A stretch of DNA of 44,493 nucleotides from Caecitellus pseudoparvulus (taxonomy: Eukaryota; Protista; Bigyra: Bicosoecida): NCBI GenBank assembly GCA_965644315.1, contig CBFFRQ010000161.1, forward strand, positions 1 to 44,493, written 5' to 3'. Shown in pieces: positions 35,073-44,493 of the stretch. Both the position numbers and the translations under genes were made by a program. Within the stretch, counting starts at the first letter, position 1; each line of letters starts with the position of its first letter. The notes beneath the pieces are model-generated. The model was not told the DNA's origin and made no database searches. It saw only the letters and a list, made by a program, of their open reading frames with translations.

Positions 35073-38000
35073 TCAGACACCCAGAAAGTACCGCCGGTTG
35101 CTGCGGTTGAACGCTTCGCTGTTGGCTTCTGCCCGCCCCCATGGCCCCAGGAGCAGCGCGGGCAGGCCCAGTGCCGCCACCCCCGTGTGGGCGTTGTGGC
35201 CGCCAAAGCCACTTGAGTCATGAGCGTGCGTGGTGCTTGAGCTGGCGTCGCCAAACGCCGCAACTGACACGCGCCCCCCCATGAGCCGGTCGAAGGCGGC
35301 TTTCGCGGCAGCAGCGCCTGTGGCAGGCTCAGACGGCTCAGGTGCGTCTCGTGGAGAGGGCAGGGATACAAGGCCAGCCTGCGTTCGGCGGTTCCGCGCC
35401 CGCTGTGCCCGGCGCCACTTGTAGTCGGCTGCTATTCGAGTGCGGCGTTCCACCTCCTCCAACGACGCTGTCCCAATGGCAGCGAGGGCATCTGCCCACG
35501 CGTCGCCACTGACAGCCACAGGCAGGTGGCGGGAGGTGCCGGAGATGACCACGACACTGCGCCCTGCTGGGGTGCCGGCGGGTGATCCGCCATCTGTGTG
35601 TTCAGTGGCCGCTGCGGCAGCCAGCTGACTGGCCTGTCGCCGCTCGGAGGGCGGAATGCCCCCCCTCCATGCGGCACCTGGGGGCGCTGTCGACGAGCTG
35701 GGACGGCTGCCCTGCATCTCTTCGCCCTCGCCCACGGCGCCGTCCTCCGCTGCCGCGCTTGGCGAGGGGGGGCGTGACTGGGCTGTCAACAGCTGGCGCA
35801 GGACCCGTTCAAATTCCGCGAGGCGCATGAGGTACGCGCCGTACAGCGCGTTCAACGGCCGGCCCTCCTCAAAGAACTGCCTGTACGTGATGCCGTTGAC
35901 ACGTGCCGTGGGGAACACCCGCGTGTACCCGCCCCGCCGACTGCCTTCGCTGTCCAGCCAGCACAGCAGGCGCCAGTGCTCGTCGGAGAGATCCTGAATG
36001 AGGGCTCGCCGCACCCGTTCGGGCACTTTGTGCGGCTCACTGGCCAGCTGCACGCGTTCCAAGAACACCTGCACAGCCCCATACTCTCCAGCTGCCACTG
36101 CGGTACCGAAGTCCTCAGCAGTCGTGGCGTCCAGGCCGTCAACTGACGCAGGCAGGATGCGGGGGGGGGAGCTGGATGCCGCTTCCTGCAGGGCATGAGC
36201 AGCGGTGCCAGGGAGGGGCAGCGGCGTGGGGAAGGCGGCAGATGGAGCTGGTGGGTGTGCAATGGTGCTGGGCAGGCAGGCTGCGTATTTCGCCGTGAAG
36301 GAGGCAAAGGCGGGTGGGTGTGCTTCCCGCAGCACCGCCCACACCCGGGCCCCGTGAGAGGCCCAAGCGAGCGTGGGCAGCGTGACCTCCAGGGGGAAGT
36401 GCTCCGCGTAAAACGCTCGCAGCCAGCGCATGTGTTCCGCTGTGGAGGGCGGCGGCCCGGGCGCGTCACTTGCAGTGGGTGCGGTGCTGGGCGCCGCCCG
36501 GACTCCCCCGTTCAAGGCAGCGGCCAGGGCCAGCGCCTCCTGGGCATCTCCCCCCACCTCCTCCTCCTCCTCAGGCTCCACCTCCTCCTCCTCCTCTGCG
36601 GGATCCACAGCAGGCCTCTCATGCCCAGACAGGCCATGGCCGGCTGCAGGGGGCCTGTCCCCCCCCCTCCCACGGCGTGTACTGGCAGACCGGGCCAGGG
36701 CGCGTGCGCGCTCGTGGTCACGCAGGAGGCGCCTGCGGGAGTGGGCGGGGCGAGGGGGGGCGTCCACCCCCCCTCCGGCATACGCCGCCAGCGCCGCTGG
36801 CTGCGAGGGGGCTGTGCGTCCCCCTGACCCCCCCTGCGCCCTGCCGCCCACTCCAGACAGAGTCAACTTCGGCACGCCCCGCTGCGCTGTGGGGGAGGAG
36901 GAGGAGGGGGCCGCGGGGAAGATGCAGGGGGGTGTGGGGGGGGCTTCCACGGGCTTGCTGGGGGGGGGCTGGGTTGCTCGGCGTCCGCGTCGTTTGCTGC
37001 GGCCGCGGGTGAAAGGGGGTGTAGGGGGGGTGGCTGTGGGCATGCCCACCAGGTTCAGCGTGTCCGCCAGCACCTGGCTCTTGACTCGCAGGTCCAGGTC
37101 TGAGTCAGTGGCCAGGGAGGGCGAGAAGTTCACCTCCAGCAGCCACGGGTTCAGCTCTGCGTCCATCATGACGTCGAAGCCGAAGAGCTGGAAGCAGTTC
37201 GTGGCTGGGCAGGGCACGAACATGTTCACGGCAGCGGTGACGTTGCCTTCGATGGACAGGAGCGTTTTCACGATGAGCTCCTCCACACGACCCCACATCG
37301 CGTCCACGTCCACGCCGTCCCGCAGCAGCCGCGCTAGCAGCGCAGACAGCGTCCACTTGTGCCCCGCGCCCTCTGCGCCGTCCCCTGCCTGGTACTTGGA
37401 CGAGGCTTTGTTCAGTGAGTAGTTTGTCAGGTGCACGAACTTGTTCTGGTACTGGGCGGGGTCGGGCGTGTACCGCTCCGTCGCGAAACGCGCCAGGCCT
37501 TCCTTGTGAATGTACACCTTGAGCGGGCAGAATGACGTCACTGCCGCGTACACGCGCAGGTCGTACTTGAAACCGTCCACGAGGGCCGGCTCGTCGATGT
37601 AACGGCTCACGATGCAGTTGTCTTCGACGCCTCCCTGCAGCCCCTCTGCGGCAGCCGCCGCCACCGCCCTGGCCACCCCCTCCCCCAGAAGGGGTGTTGA
37701 AGCCGTGCCAGGGCTGCCAGGGGGCATGCCAGGAGCAGAGGGCAGTGCCTGGTGCGCTGGGGTGCGTTTCATGCCGCGGCGGTTGGCAGCCGTGAAGAAC
37801 TCGGGCCCGCCCATGGTGGCAGTGGACACGCGGTAGCCGCTGTTGCTGGCGCGCGCCGTGTTCACGACCTCAGATAGCGACCCCGTGCCCGACTGGGCGG
37901 GGTCCTCCCCAGCACTGCGCGCTGCCGCCGCGGCAGCCTGGGCTGCGGCCAGGGCCAGGGGGGATACGGCCGGGCGACGGGCGTCGAGGGGGGGGGTCGG

Positions 38001-38915
38001 GGCTGTGCTGGAGGGGGTATCGGGGGGGGTCGTCGGTCCCGGCGCTAGGTCTCTCTGCGTGTACCCCTCTGGGCAGCGCGCGATGTAGATGCCTTTGCCT
38101 TTGCTGGAGGCAGCGGGCTTCACGATCCAGGCAGTGTCGGGGTCCCGTGCACAGGCGGCGTTGAAGGCTGCCGCGTCAGCCGGCAGCACGTACGTGGCTG
38201 GGAGGAAGGCGAAGTGGCGGTCGCCGTGCAGTTCCTGCATGCGCATGATGTTGCGGGCCAGTGTGTCTTTGCGGGTGACTTCGTAGGTGCGGGGGAACTG
38301 GTTCACCACCTGCCCCGGGCGCAGGGCTTGAAAGGCGTAGGACTTCAAAAACGACGACACCCACATGGCGTGCCAGTCCATGGCTCCGGAGGTGGGTGCC
38401 GCCTCCCCACCAAATGTGGAGGCCCCGTTGCCGCTGGGCTTGAAGCCGTGAGCCGTGAACATGCAGTGCATGAGAGGGGCAGACACGTTGGCCATGCGGT
38501 ACGCCATGCGGGCAGCAGGGGGCGGCAGGGGCACCCCCAGGACTTCCTCCAGGGACACCTTGGCCGGCGCCGCCTCGCCCCCTCGCACCAGCGCCCGGTG
38601 TGCCGACGCGATGGCTGAGCGAGCCACTCGGAACTCTGTGATGGCCTCCATTTCCGGACGGGTGATGGAGGAGAAGAGTGTCACGTTCACCTTCCCCTTT
38701 GTGGGCACGGCTGCTGGCACAGTGGCAGGCAGCACTCCTGGCGCCACTCGTGCCAGCAGCGGTAAACCTTGCACTGCAGCCACGTAACGCCGCTTGGCCG
38801 TGTTGAAACGCCCCCACAAACTCGCAGAGCGCTCGGCCGCTGCGGCAGCAGCCGCCGCTTCTCGGTCGGCTTCGCTTTCTCCAGCTTCATGTCCAGTGCG
38901 TGGGCTTGTGCTCAT
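35073..38915 (-). CDS. Tubulin polyglutamylase, TTLL4/TTLL5-like
   Basis: VNQFPRTYEVTRKD, WIVKPAASSKGKGI, KYDLRVYAAVTSF, EGLARFATE, HLTNYSLNK, FQLFGFDVMMD, PWLLEVNFSPSL. Confidence 0.92.
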   Translation of the reverse strand: MSTSPRTGHEAGESEADREAAAAAAAAERSASLWGRFNTAKRRYVAAVQGLPLLARVAPGVLPATVPAAVPTKGKVNVTLFSSITRPEMEAITEFRVARSAIASAHRALVRGGEAAPAKVSLEEVLGVPLPPPAARMAYRMANVSAPLMHCMFTAHGFKPSGNGASTFGGEAAPTSGAMDWHAMWVSSFLKSYAFQALRPGQVVNQFPRTYEVTRKDTLARNIMRMQELHGDRHFAFLPATYVLPADAAAFNAACARDPDTAWIVKPAASSKGKGIYIARCPEGYTQRDLAPGPTTPPDTPSSTAPTPPLDARRPAVSPLALAAAQAAAAAARSAGEDPAQSGTGSLSEVVNTARASNSGYRVSTATMGGPEFFTAANRRGMKRTPAHQALPSAPGMPPGSPGTASTPLLGEGVARAVAAAAAEGLQGGVEDNCIVSRYIDEPALVDGFKYDLRVYAAVTSFCPLKVYIHKEGLARFATERYTPDPAQYQNKFVHLTNYSLNKASSKYQAGDGAEGAGHKWTLSALLARLLRDGVDVDAMWGRVEELIVKTLLSIEGNVTAAVNMFVPCPATNCFQLFGFDVMMDAELNPWLLEVNFSPSLATDSDLDLRVKSQVLADTLNLVGMPTATPPTPPFTRGRSKRRGRRATQPPPSKPVEAPPTPPCIFPAAPSSSSPTAQRGVPKLTLSGVGGRAQGGSGGRTAPSQPAALAAYAGGGVDAPPRPAHSRRRLLRDHERARALARSASTRRGRGGDRPPAAGHGLSGHERPAVDPAEEEEEVEPEEEEEVGGDAQEALALAAALNGGVRAAPSTAPTASDAPGPPPSTAEHMRWLRAFYAEHFPLEVTLPTLAWASHGARVWAVLREAHPPAFASFTAKYAACLPSTIAHPPAPSAAFPTPLPLPGTAAHALQEAASSSPPRILPASVDGLDATTAEDFGTAVAAGEYGAVQVFLERVQLASEPHKVPERVRRALIQDLSDEHWRLLCWLDSEGSRRGGYTRVFPTARVNGITYRQFFEEGRPLNALYGAYLMRLAEFERVLRQLLTAQSRPPSPSAAAEDGAVGEGEEMQGSRPSSSTAPPGAAWRGGIPPSERRQASQLAAAAATEHTDGGSPAGTPAGRSVVVISGTSRHLPVAVSGDAWADALAAIGTASLEEVERRTRIAADYKWRRAQRARNRRTQAGLVSLPSPRDAPEPSEPATGAAAAKAAFDRLMGGRVSVAAFGDASSSTTHAHDSSGFGGHNAHTGVAALGLPALLLGPWGRAEANSEAFNRSNRRYFLGV

Positions 38916-39367
38916 GGTCCCAGGCAGCCGTGCAAGGTCACTCTCGCCACTTCAAGATGGCGTGGTGAAGTGCAGCTGCAGTGCACTTTCTGCTTCATGT
39001 GCAAGGGGGGTGCGCCTGTGCCTGCCCCACGTGGAGAGCTGCCGGGAGAGGCGCAGGAAAGTAGGGTGGAATATTATTTTGTGCCACTGGCAAAAGCTGT
39101 GGTGCTTCACTTGCGCCCTGCCCCCGTCGGCTGTTGGTGGGCGGCTGCTTTAGGCAGCTTCGTCGGATGCAGGAGGCAGCGGCAGCAAAAAGTCACAGAC
39201 CAGAGGCAATTGCAGGCTTGCAATCACCCCCCAAAGCCCCACAGGCTCTGCAAAGACTGCTCGCCTTTTCAGACCGCACACTCTGCCTGTTCTGAGGAGC
39301 CGGCTGCGTCTGCCCCAGCGCAGCCAGCTTGCTGGCCGAGCCTGCGTATTGTGCCGACCAGCAGGTC

Positions 39368-40092
39368 ATGGCGGCAGCTTCAGGCGCTGCTTCGGGGGCC
39401 GACAGTGCGCGTGCCGATCTGGACAATGCCTCCCTCTTGCAGAAGTATGCCCACGAGCAGCAGCGCTGCATGGGCATGGCTGAGCGCGTGCTTGAAAAGT
39501 GTGCGTGGGAGCAAATTCCGCAGGGGCCCCAGCCTGGCACCGTCCCCGCCTGGCGCCCGCACGTGACTGAGCTGCAAGCACCTGCAGCGAGCGCCCGCCC
39601 TTCACAGCGCCTGCCATCAACTTCTTGCTGAAGGATATGGATTCCCGGGGGTGTGGCCTGCCCCAAGCCTTCGTACGGTGCGCGCCCATGCCCAGCGTGC
39701 CCTCCCTCGGCACCTTCGTACCAGCGGAGAACCGGGTGGTGCTGAACAGCCTGCACACGAACAACTTCAAGACGGTCCAGCGCACGCTCATGCATGAGTT
39801 GGTGCACGCCTTCGACCACTGCCGCGTGGACATGGACTACACCTCCTGCCGCCACCTCGCCTGCACGGAAATTCGAGCAGCGAACCTGAGCGGGGACTGC
39901 AGGTGGGACGCGGAGTGGGGGCGGGGCATTTTCGGCCTGCGGGGGCAGCAGCGTGCCTGTGTCAAGCGCCGCGCCAAGCTCAGCATCGAGCTCACGGGGG
40001 CCTGTGCGGGGGAGGACGTGGACTTCGTCATCGGGTCCGTGTTCAAGCGCTGCTACAAAGACGCCGCTCCTTTCCCCGCCCTGCCCAAGTAA
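39368..40092 (+). CDS. ATP23: Mitochondrial inner membrane metalloprotease ATP23 (peptidase M76)
   Basis: TLMHELVHAFDHCR, HLACTEIRAANLSGDC, CVKRRAKLS. Intron 39501-39607 joins the N-terminal exon in frame. Confidence 0.92.
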
Positions 40093-40176
40093 TGCAGCGA
40101 ATGTCATGGCGTGTGCTTCCCTCGGGTGCTGTGCCTTTTCCCAGACCCTCCCCCCTCTGCCGCGGCCGCTGCGTGC

Positions 40177-41655
40177 TCAGAAGGACGGCGAAGTGGGCAT
40201 GTCCCGCAGACGCAGCTGCTCGGGCTTGCCGCTTGACAGCATGGCAGTGCCGTACGCGACAAACCTGTGGCACAGCGACAGCGAACACGGCGTGCACGCT
40301 GCGCACAGCAGCCCGCACCAAGCATTTGCTACGCACTTGTCCCGCACACTCTGCACTTTCTTGTTCAGGCGGCGTCGCTCCGCCTTCAGCTCCACGTCGC
40401 TAGTGACGACCGAATCAAAGAACACCATCTGCACATGCGTTAGCAACGCATCCAGTGCGCTCTCGCAGGCGTTCACTGCGCTGTGCAAGTCCGTCCGAGT
40501 GGCCTCCATCGCTGAGGGGGGGGGGGGTGTTTCGGTGAGAGGGGGCAGGCCACTGCACCGTCGGCAACGCAGCACGCACAGACAGCCAAGGCAATGCACT
40601 TCTGCAGCATGCTGTCCAAGAACATGAACAGTCTGTCCAGGCCAGTGTCGCCCACGTACAGCGACGCCAGGGGGTTCACCAGTCTCGCAGCGCTGTGGTG
40701 GCGGGTGATGGGGGGTGATGCGGAGGTGATGTGGAGGTGATGCCGCGCATGGCCACGCACTTGCTGCCCCGTCGCTGCGGGCGGGGCATGGCGGAGATGA
40801 GCAGCCGCACGGCCTCCGTGGCGTGGCTCTGGGCGGCAGCGGGCAGATCGGACAGCGGCAGGGATGTGAAGGAGGCCTCCGCGAAGGGGGGTGGGTGCCA
40901 GTCCATGGTGGCGAAGGCGTGCCCCCGGACACCCGTGGAGTGACCCCCCGCCGGCGTGGAGGCGGTGACCATGGTGGAGACTTGGGGTGTGCGGGGGGGG
41001 GAGGCGAAGGCGCCGGTGTCCCCCCCCTCAGACCCCGCCGCGGCAGGTGCGGAGCCTTGGGTGGCAGGTTGCTGTTCCGATTTGGGGGCGGGTGCGGGTG
41101 CGGGTGCTAGGGGTGTGGGTGTGAGGGGGGGTGCTGGGGCGGGTGCTGGCTGTGCCTGGGTCGCAGGGGGGTCTCTGCGTTTCGGAGTCCCCGTTGACAC
41201 GTTGACCCGCACGAACACACGGAAGGCGTCCGTCATGGTGTGTGCGTTGACGTTGAAGAAGACAGAGCCACAGGAGGGCGACAGGTACTGCGGGGGCAGG
41301 GGGCGGGTTGCCGGGGAGTGCTCTCGCCGCCAAGGTGAAGGGTGCGCCAGCGCCAGGCGCCGCAACGCACCCCGACATGCTCGAAGGGCACTGAGGCGTG
41401 GTGGCTGGACACTGGCACTGCCTTGGCCAGAACTGCAAGCGATAGGGCGGGCTGCGAGGCGGGCCACTTGAAGCCTTCCCGCAGCGCAACACAGGCGTTC
41501 ACTGGCGCAGTCATGCGAAGCTGGCGGTTAGGCAGGCGCATTTCCCACATGCTAGCGCCTTCGGAAGAAACGCGGGACCCGCGAATCACCGACGCTAGGT
41601 TCTGGTACGTAAAGGCAAAAGGGCAGTCTGCTTTGTCCGGGCATGCCTCCGCCAT
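40177..41655 (-). CDS. Hypothetical multi-exon protein
   Basis: Successive protein-like segments in ORFs 41233-41667, 40676-41467, 40473-40760 and 40177-40932, separated by GT..CAG intron-like C-rich stretches. Exact exon boundaries not resolved. Confidence 0.55.
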
Positions 41656-42146
41656 GGTGGCCCACAACCCCGCGGCAGCCCTGCACGTGGAGTTTCACCA
41701 ATGCGAAACGCACACCCCACTCAACAGAGGCTGCCAGACGCTGCCCGGGAGCAGTTGAGCATGCGACGGCCAGTGAAGTTTTTGCACCTGGTGGTCTGCA
41801 TTTTGCGTAGCGCCGAAGATGGCGAATGATTGGAAGTCAAAAGCCAATGAGCAAAGATATCCTAGACCGTGTGCCCAAAGCCGCACCCCCAGCCGCCCCA
41901 CGGTCGTGTACCTCACAACACTATCCTCAAAATTAAAGACCTGGCGTATGATCTCACCCGCAACGGCGACTCAAGCGCTTGAACATTCTAGTTCCTGAGC
42001 AAGTCACACTGCCGCTGCGCACATCTGCGGCAGCGAGTGGTTGAGGGTCGCTGTGAGGTCGTGCGTGCTTTCAATTTCCGCAGCCGCCCCTCGGCGCGCC
42101 GCGCGCTCAAACCAGGAGGAGCCACACACTGCAAGTGCACGCTACC

Positions 42147-43580
42147 ATGGCAGCACCCACCATTATTCGTGCCAGTGACTTGCAAGCCATGACGCGCCGC
42201 GCGCTGACTGGCGCGGGCGCCACGGTCGTGCGCGGTGGTGCGAGCACGAGCTTTGAGAGCACCCGGGCAGCAGACCGCAAGGCGCGGTCAACGCAGCGCG
42301 CGGCCAAGTGGGGCAACACCCTGGCTGGTCTGCGCAAGGCGAAGCAGCAGGCGCGCGTGGACCGCCTGGCCGCGCTGGAGGCAGAGGCCCAGCGGCGCGA
42401 TGCGCAGGAGGAGCGCATCCGAAACGCCGAAAAGGTCAAGGTGCTGCGAGAGGCACGCATGAAGCTGCTGCAACAGACGGCCCAGCGCAAGGTCGTGGCA
42501 GCGCAGGACTACACGACGGACATGCTGCAGGTGCGGGAGCGGCAGCTGGCGCTGAAGAAACGCCGCGCGGAGTTGGAGGCGGCAGCGGAGCGAGCCCAGC
42601 ACGAGAGCATGATGCAGAGCATTCGGGCAGCAGAGGAGGCAGAAGCAGAGGCCAAGGCCGCTGCGGCGGCGAAACGGGCCAGCATTGCTGCTGACTTGCA
42701 GGTGCAGGTGCAGCAAGCGCAGTCTGCGCGGCTGGCAGAGCTGGACGCAGTGGCGGCGGAAGGTGCCAAGCTCCGTGCGGAAGCTGAACAGCAGGCGGCG
42801 CAAGCAGAGGCAGCGGAGCGGCAGCGCATCGCCGAGGGGCGCAAGCGAAACGCAGAACAACAGGCAGCAAACGCAGCCTTGGCGTCTGCGCGGGTGGCTG
42901 CGAAGCAGGCCGAGGCGGAGGAACTCGCGAAGTTGGATGCAGTGGCCAAGGAAGCGGAGCGGCAGGAGAAACGCCGCGCTGACTTCCGCGAGATGAAACG
43001 CCGCGAGGCAGCGCAGCGCGCGGAGCACATTGGGAAAGTTGTCGCTGAGCAGTTCACGGCACAAATGTCAGACGAAGCTGCCCGATTGGAAGCCCAGCAA
43101 GCCGCAGCGGCGGCGCGCACCGCTGCTGTGGAGGAAGCCAAAGCGGAGCAGAAGTCTGCGCTGGACGCTGCAACGCACGCGTCACGCCAAAGCCAACTGC
43201 GACGGCGCGCCGAGGCCAAGGAGCGCGAGCGCCGTGAACGGGCAGAACAAGCTGCTGCATGGCAGGCGAAGATTGACGCGCTGCAGGCCGCAGACGCGAA
43301 GGTCGCGACGGATGCCCGGCGTGAGGCACGCAAGGTGGCAGCCTACCAGGGCGCTCAAACGCTGGCCAAACAGGCGGCGTTTGCACACGAAGGCGGCAAG
43401 TACCGTGCGGCAGAGGCGAAGGCAGCGACGACGAATTTGGCAGGGGACGCCGATGTGGAGGAGGCCAAGGAAGGCGTGCTGGCCAAGCGGCAGGGCGCGC
43501 GTGTCAGCCGCGTAGCTGCGCAGCGGGCTTTTGCGCGCACCAACCGGGACCCCCTCATCGCAGCAGATGCGTACATGTGA
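42147..43580 (+). CDS. CFAP210: Trichohyalin-plectin-homology coiled-coil flagellar protein, CFAP210/CCDC173-like
   Basis: RAAKWGNTLAGLRKAK motif followed by a long E/A/R/K/Q coiled coil; ACCATGG start at 42147. Confidence 0.7.
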   Translation: MAAPTIIRASDLQAMTRRALTGAGATVVRGGASTSFESTRAADRKARSTQRAAKWGNTLAGLRKAKQQARVDRLAALEAEAQRRDAQEERIRNAEKVKVLREARMKLLQQTAQRKVVAAQDYTTDMLQVRERQLALKKRRAELEAAAERAQHESMMQSIRAAEEAEAEAKAAAAAKRASIAADLQVQVQQAQSARLAELDAVAAEGAKLRAEAEQQAAQAEAAERQRIAEGRKRNAEQQAANAALASARVAAKQAEAEELAKLDAVAKEAERQEKRRADFREMKRREAAQRAEHIGKVVAEQFTAQMSDEAARLEAQQAAAAARTAAVEEAKAEQKSALDAATHASRQSQLRRRAEAKERERRERAEQAAAWQAKIDALQAADAKVATDARREARKVAAYQGAQTLAKQAAFAHEGGKYRAAEAKAATTNLAGDADVEEAKEGVLAKRQGARVSRVAAQRAFARTNRDPLIAADAYM

Positions 43581-43634
43581 GGGTGTGCGCCCTGCCAGCA
43601 CTGGCGCAATGCATTGTTTTGCCGAAATTGTAGC

Positions 43635-44493
43635 CTATACAATGTCTGGCAGCTCCTCATCGTCGTCACTGTCTTCCGCGGCGGAGTCAGCGTCGCCGGC
43701 GGCCTGGGCAGGCGACGGCGCAGTTGCACCCGCCGCCTGCTGCGTTGCCAACGCCTCACCTGGCTCATAGTCCTCGCCTTCCTCAGCCTCCGTGTCAGGT
43801 GCCACGTCTGTTGCGGCGCTGTGCACGGGTGTGGGGCCCAGGCCAGTGCCGGCATCTTGGGCCGTGGCGGGGGCTGCTGTGGGCGCTGCGGCGGCAGCTG
43901 CTTCCAACGCAAGGCGTCGCTGCGACTTGGAAGTCTCCAACACGGCCTGTGGCGACGCACCCTGCACTTGGGCAGCGACTAGGATGCTCTGTGCGGCGCG
44001 CTTCAGCGCACCCCACGCGCCCACCGCACCGTGAGCAGTGGGCAGCGCGTGCGGCAAGAAACGCGCATTGGCGTGTGCTGCACCCACCAGGCGCAGCGCC
44101 AACGCAGCAGTGGGGTGAGTCAACGGCAGTGACATGGCTGGGCCCCACACTGCGACAGCCCGGTCCAACACAAGCGACACAGCCTGCAGCGGCTGCTGGG
44201 GTGCTGTGTGTGCGCCAGGGAAGGGCAGCGGAGTCACAGGCAGCAGCAACGCAGCAGCTGGCGTGCCACTGTACCCTGCCGCAGCCACTGCTGCCACGGC
44301 AGTGGTGGGCGGCGCCAAGTCGTCCAGTGCGATGTAGTCCTGGCCAAAGTCACTCACAGTGCGGGAGGTGGGTTGCCGGGCTGCCTCTAGCGTGGCGGCA
44401 GAGGACGGCTGACCCCCCCCTCGGCCCCGCTTGACCCCCCTGCCAGACTTGTGGGGAGCGGCGTAGCCAGGCGGGGGACAGGTGGCGGGAGTC
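43635..44493 (-). CDS. 3' part of a hypothetical protein with an acidic tail; 5' end probably beyond the window
   Basis: 240-aa ORF without an ATG start, ending DSDDDEELPDIV; convergent with CFAP210. Confidence 0.55.
   Translation of the reverse strand, partial: TPATCPPPGYAAPHKSGRGVKRGRGGGQPSSAATLEAARQPTSRTVSDFGQDYIALDDLAPPTTAVAAVAAAGYSGTPAAALLLPVTPLPFPGAHTAPQQPLQAVSLVLDRAVAVWGPAMSLPLTHPTAALALRLVGAAHANARFLPHALPTAHGAVGAWGALKRAAQSILVAAQVQGASPQAVLETSKSQRRLALEAAAAAAPTAAPATAQDAGTGLGPTPVHSAATDVAPDTEAEEGEDYEPGEALATQQAAGATAPSPAQAAGDADSAAEDSDDDEELPDIV

Overview
Gene-dense, GC-rich genomic DNA from a flagellated eukaryote, judged from GT-AG introns (mostly GTGCG.../...GCAG) and CFAP52, CFAP210 and TTLL genes. 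The first 15 kb is a nest of two related Plavaka-like (CMC/EnSpm-type) DNA transposons. The outer element starts about 5 nt before the window and ends at 15083. It has inserted into the first of two tandem chondroitin-synthase-like glycosyltransferase genes. The inner element (5599-13849, 8251 bp, CC target-site duplication, 16-bp imperfect TIRs) sits in the opposite orientation inside the outer transposase gene. Removing it restores a seamless 1188-aa transposase. Both elements have C(A/C)GTC-type termini and carry a C2H2-finger transposase plus a divergently oriented, spliced accessory gene of unknown function. The rest is host DNA: GT7/CHGN glycosyltransferase pair, STELLO-like GT, DOT1-Tudor methyltransferase, CFAP52, a large Cys-rich mucin-like surface protein, a G1-peptidase-like secreted protein, a TTLL4/5-like glutamylase, ATP23, a CFAP210-like protein and three hypothetical genes. 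All family assignments come from motif recognition by eye; no searches were run.
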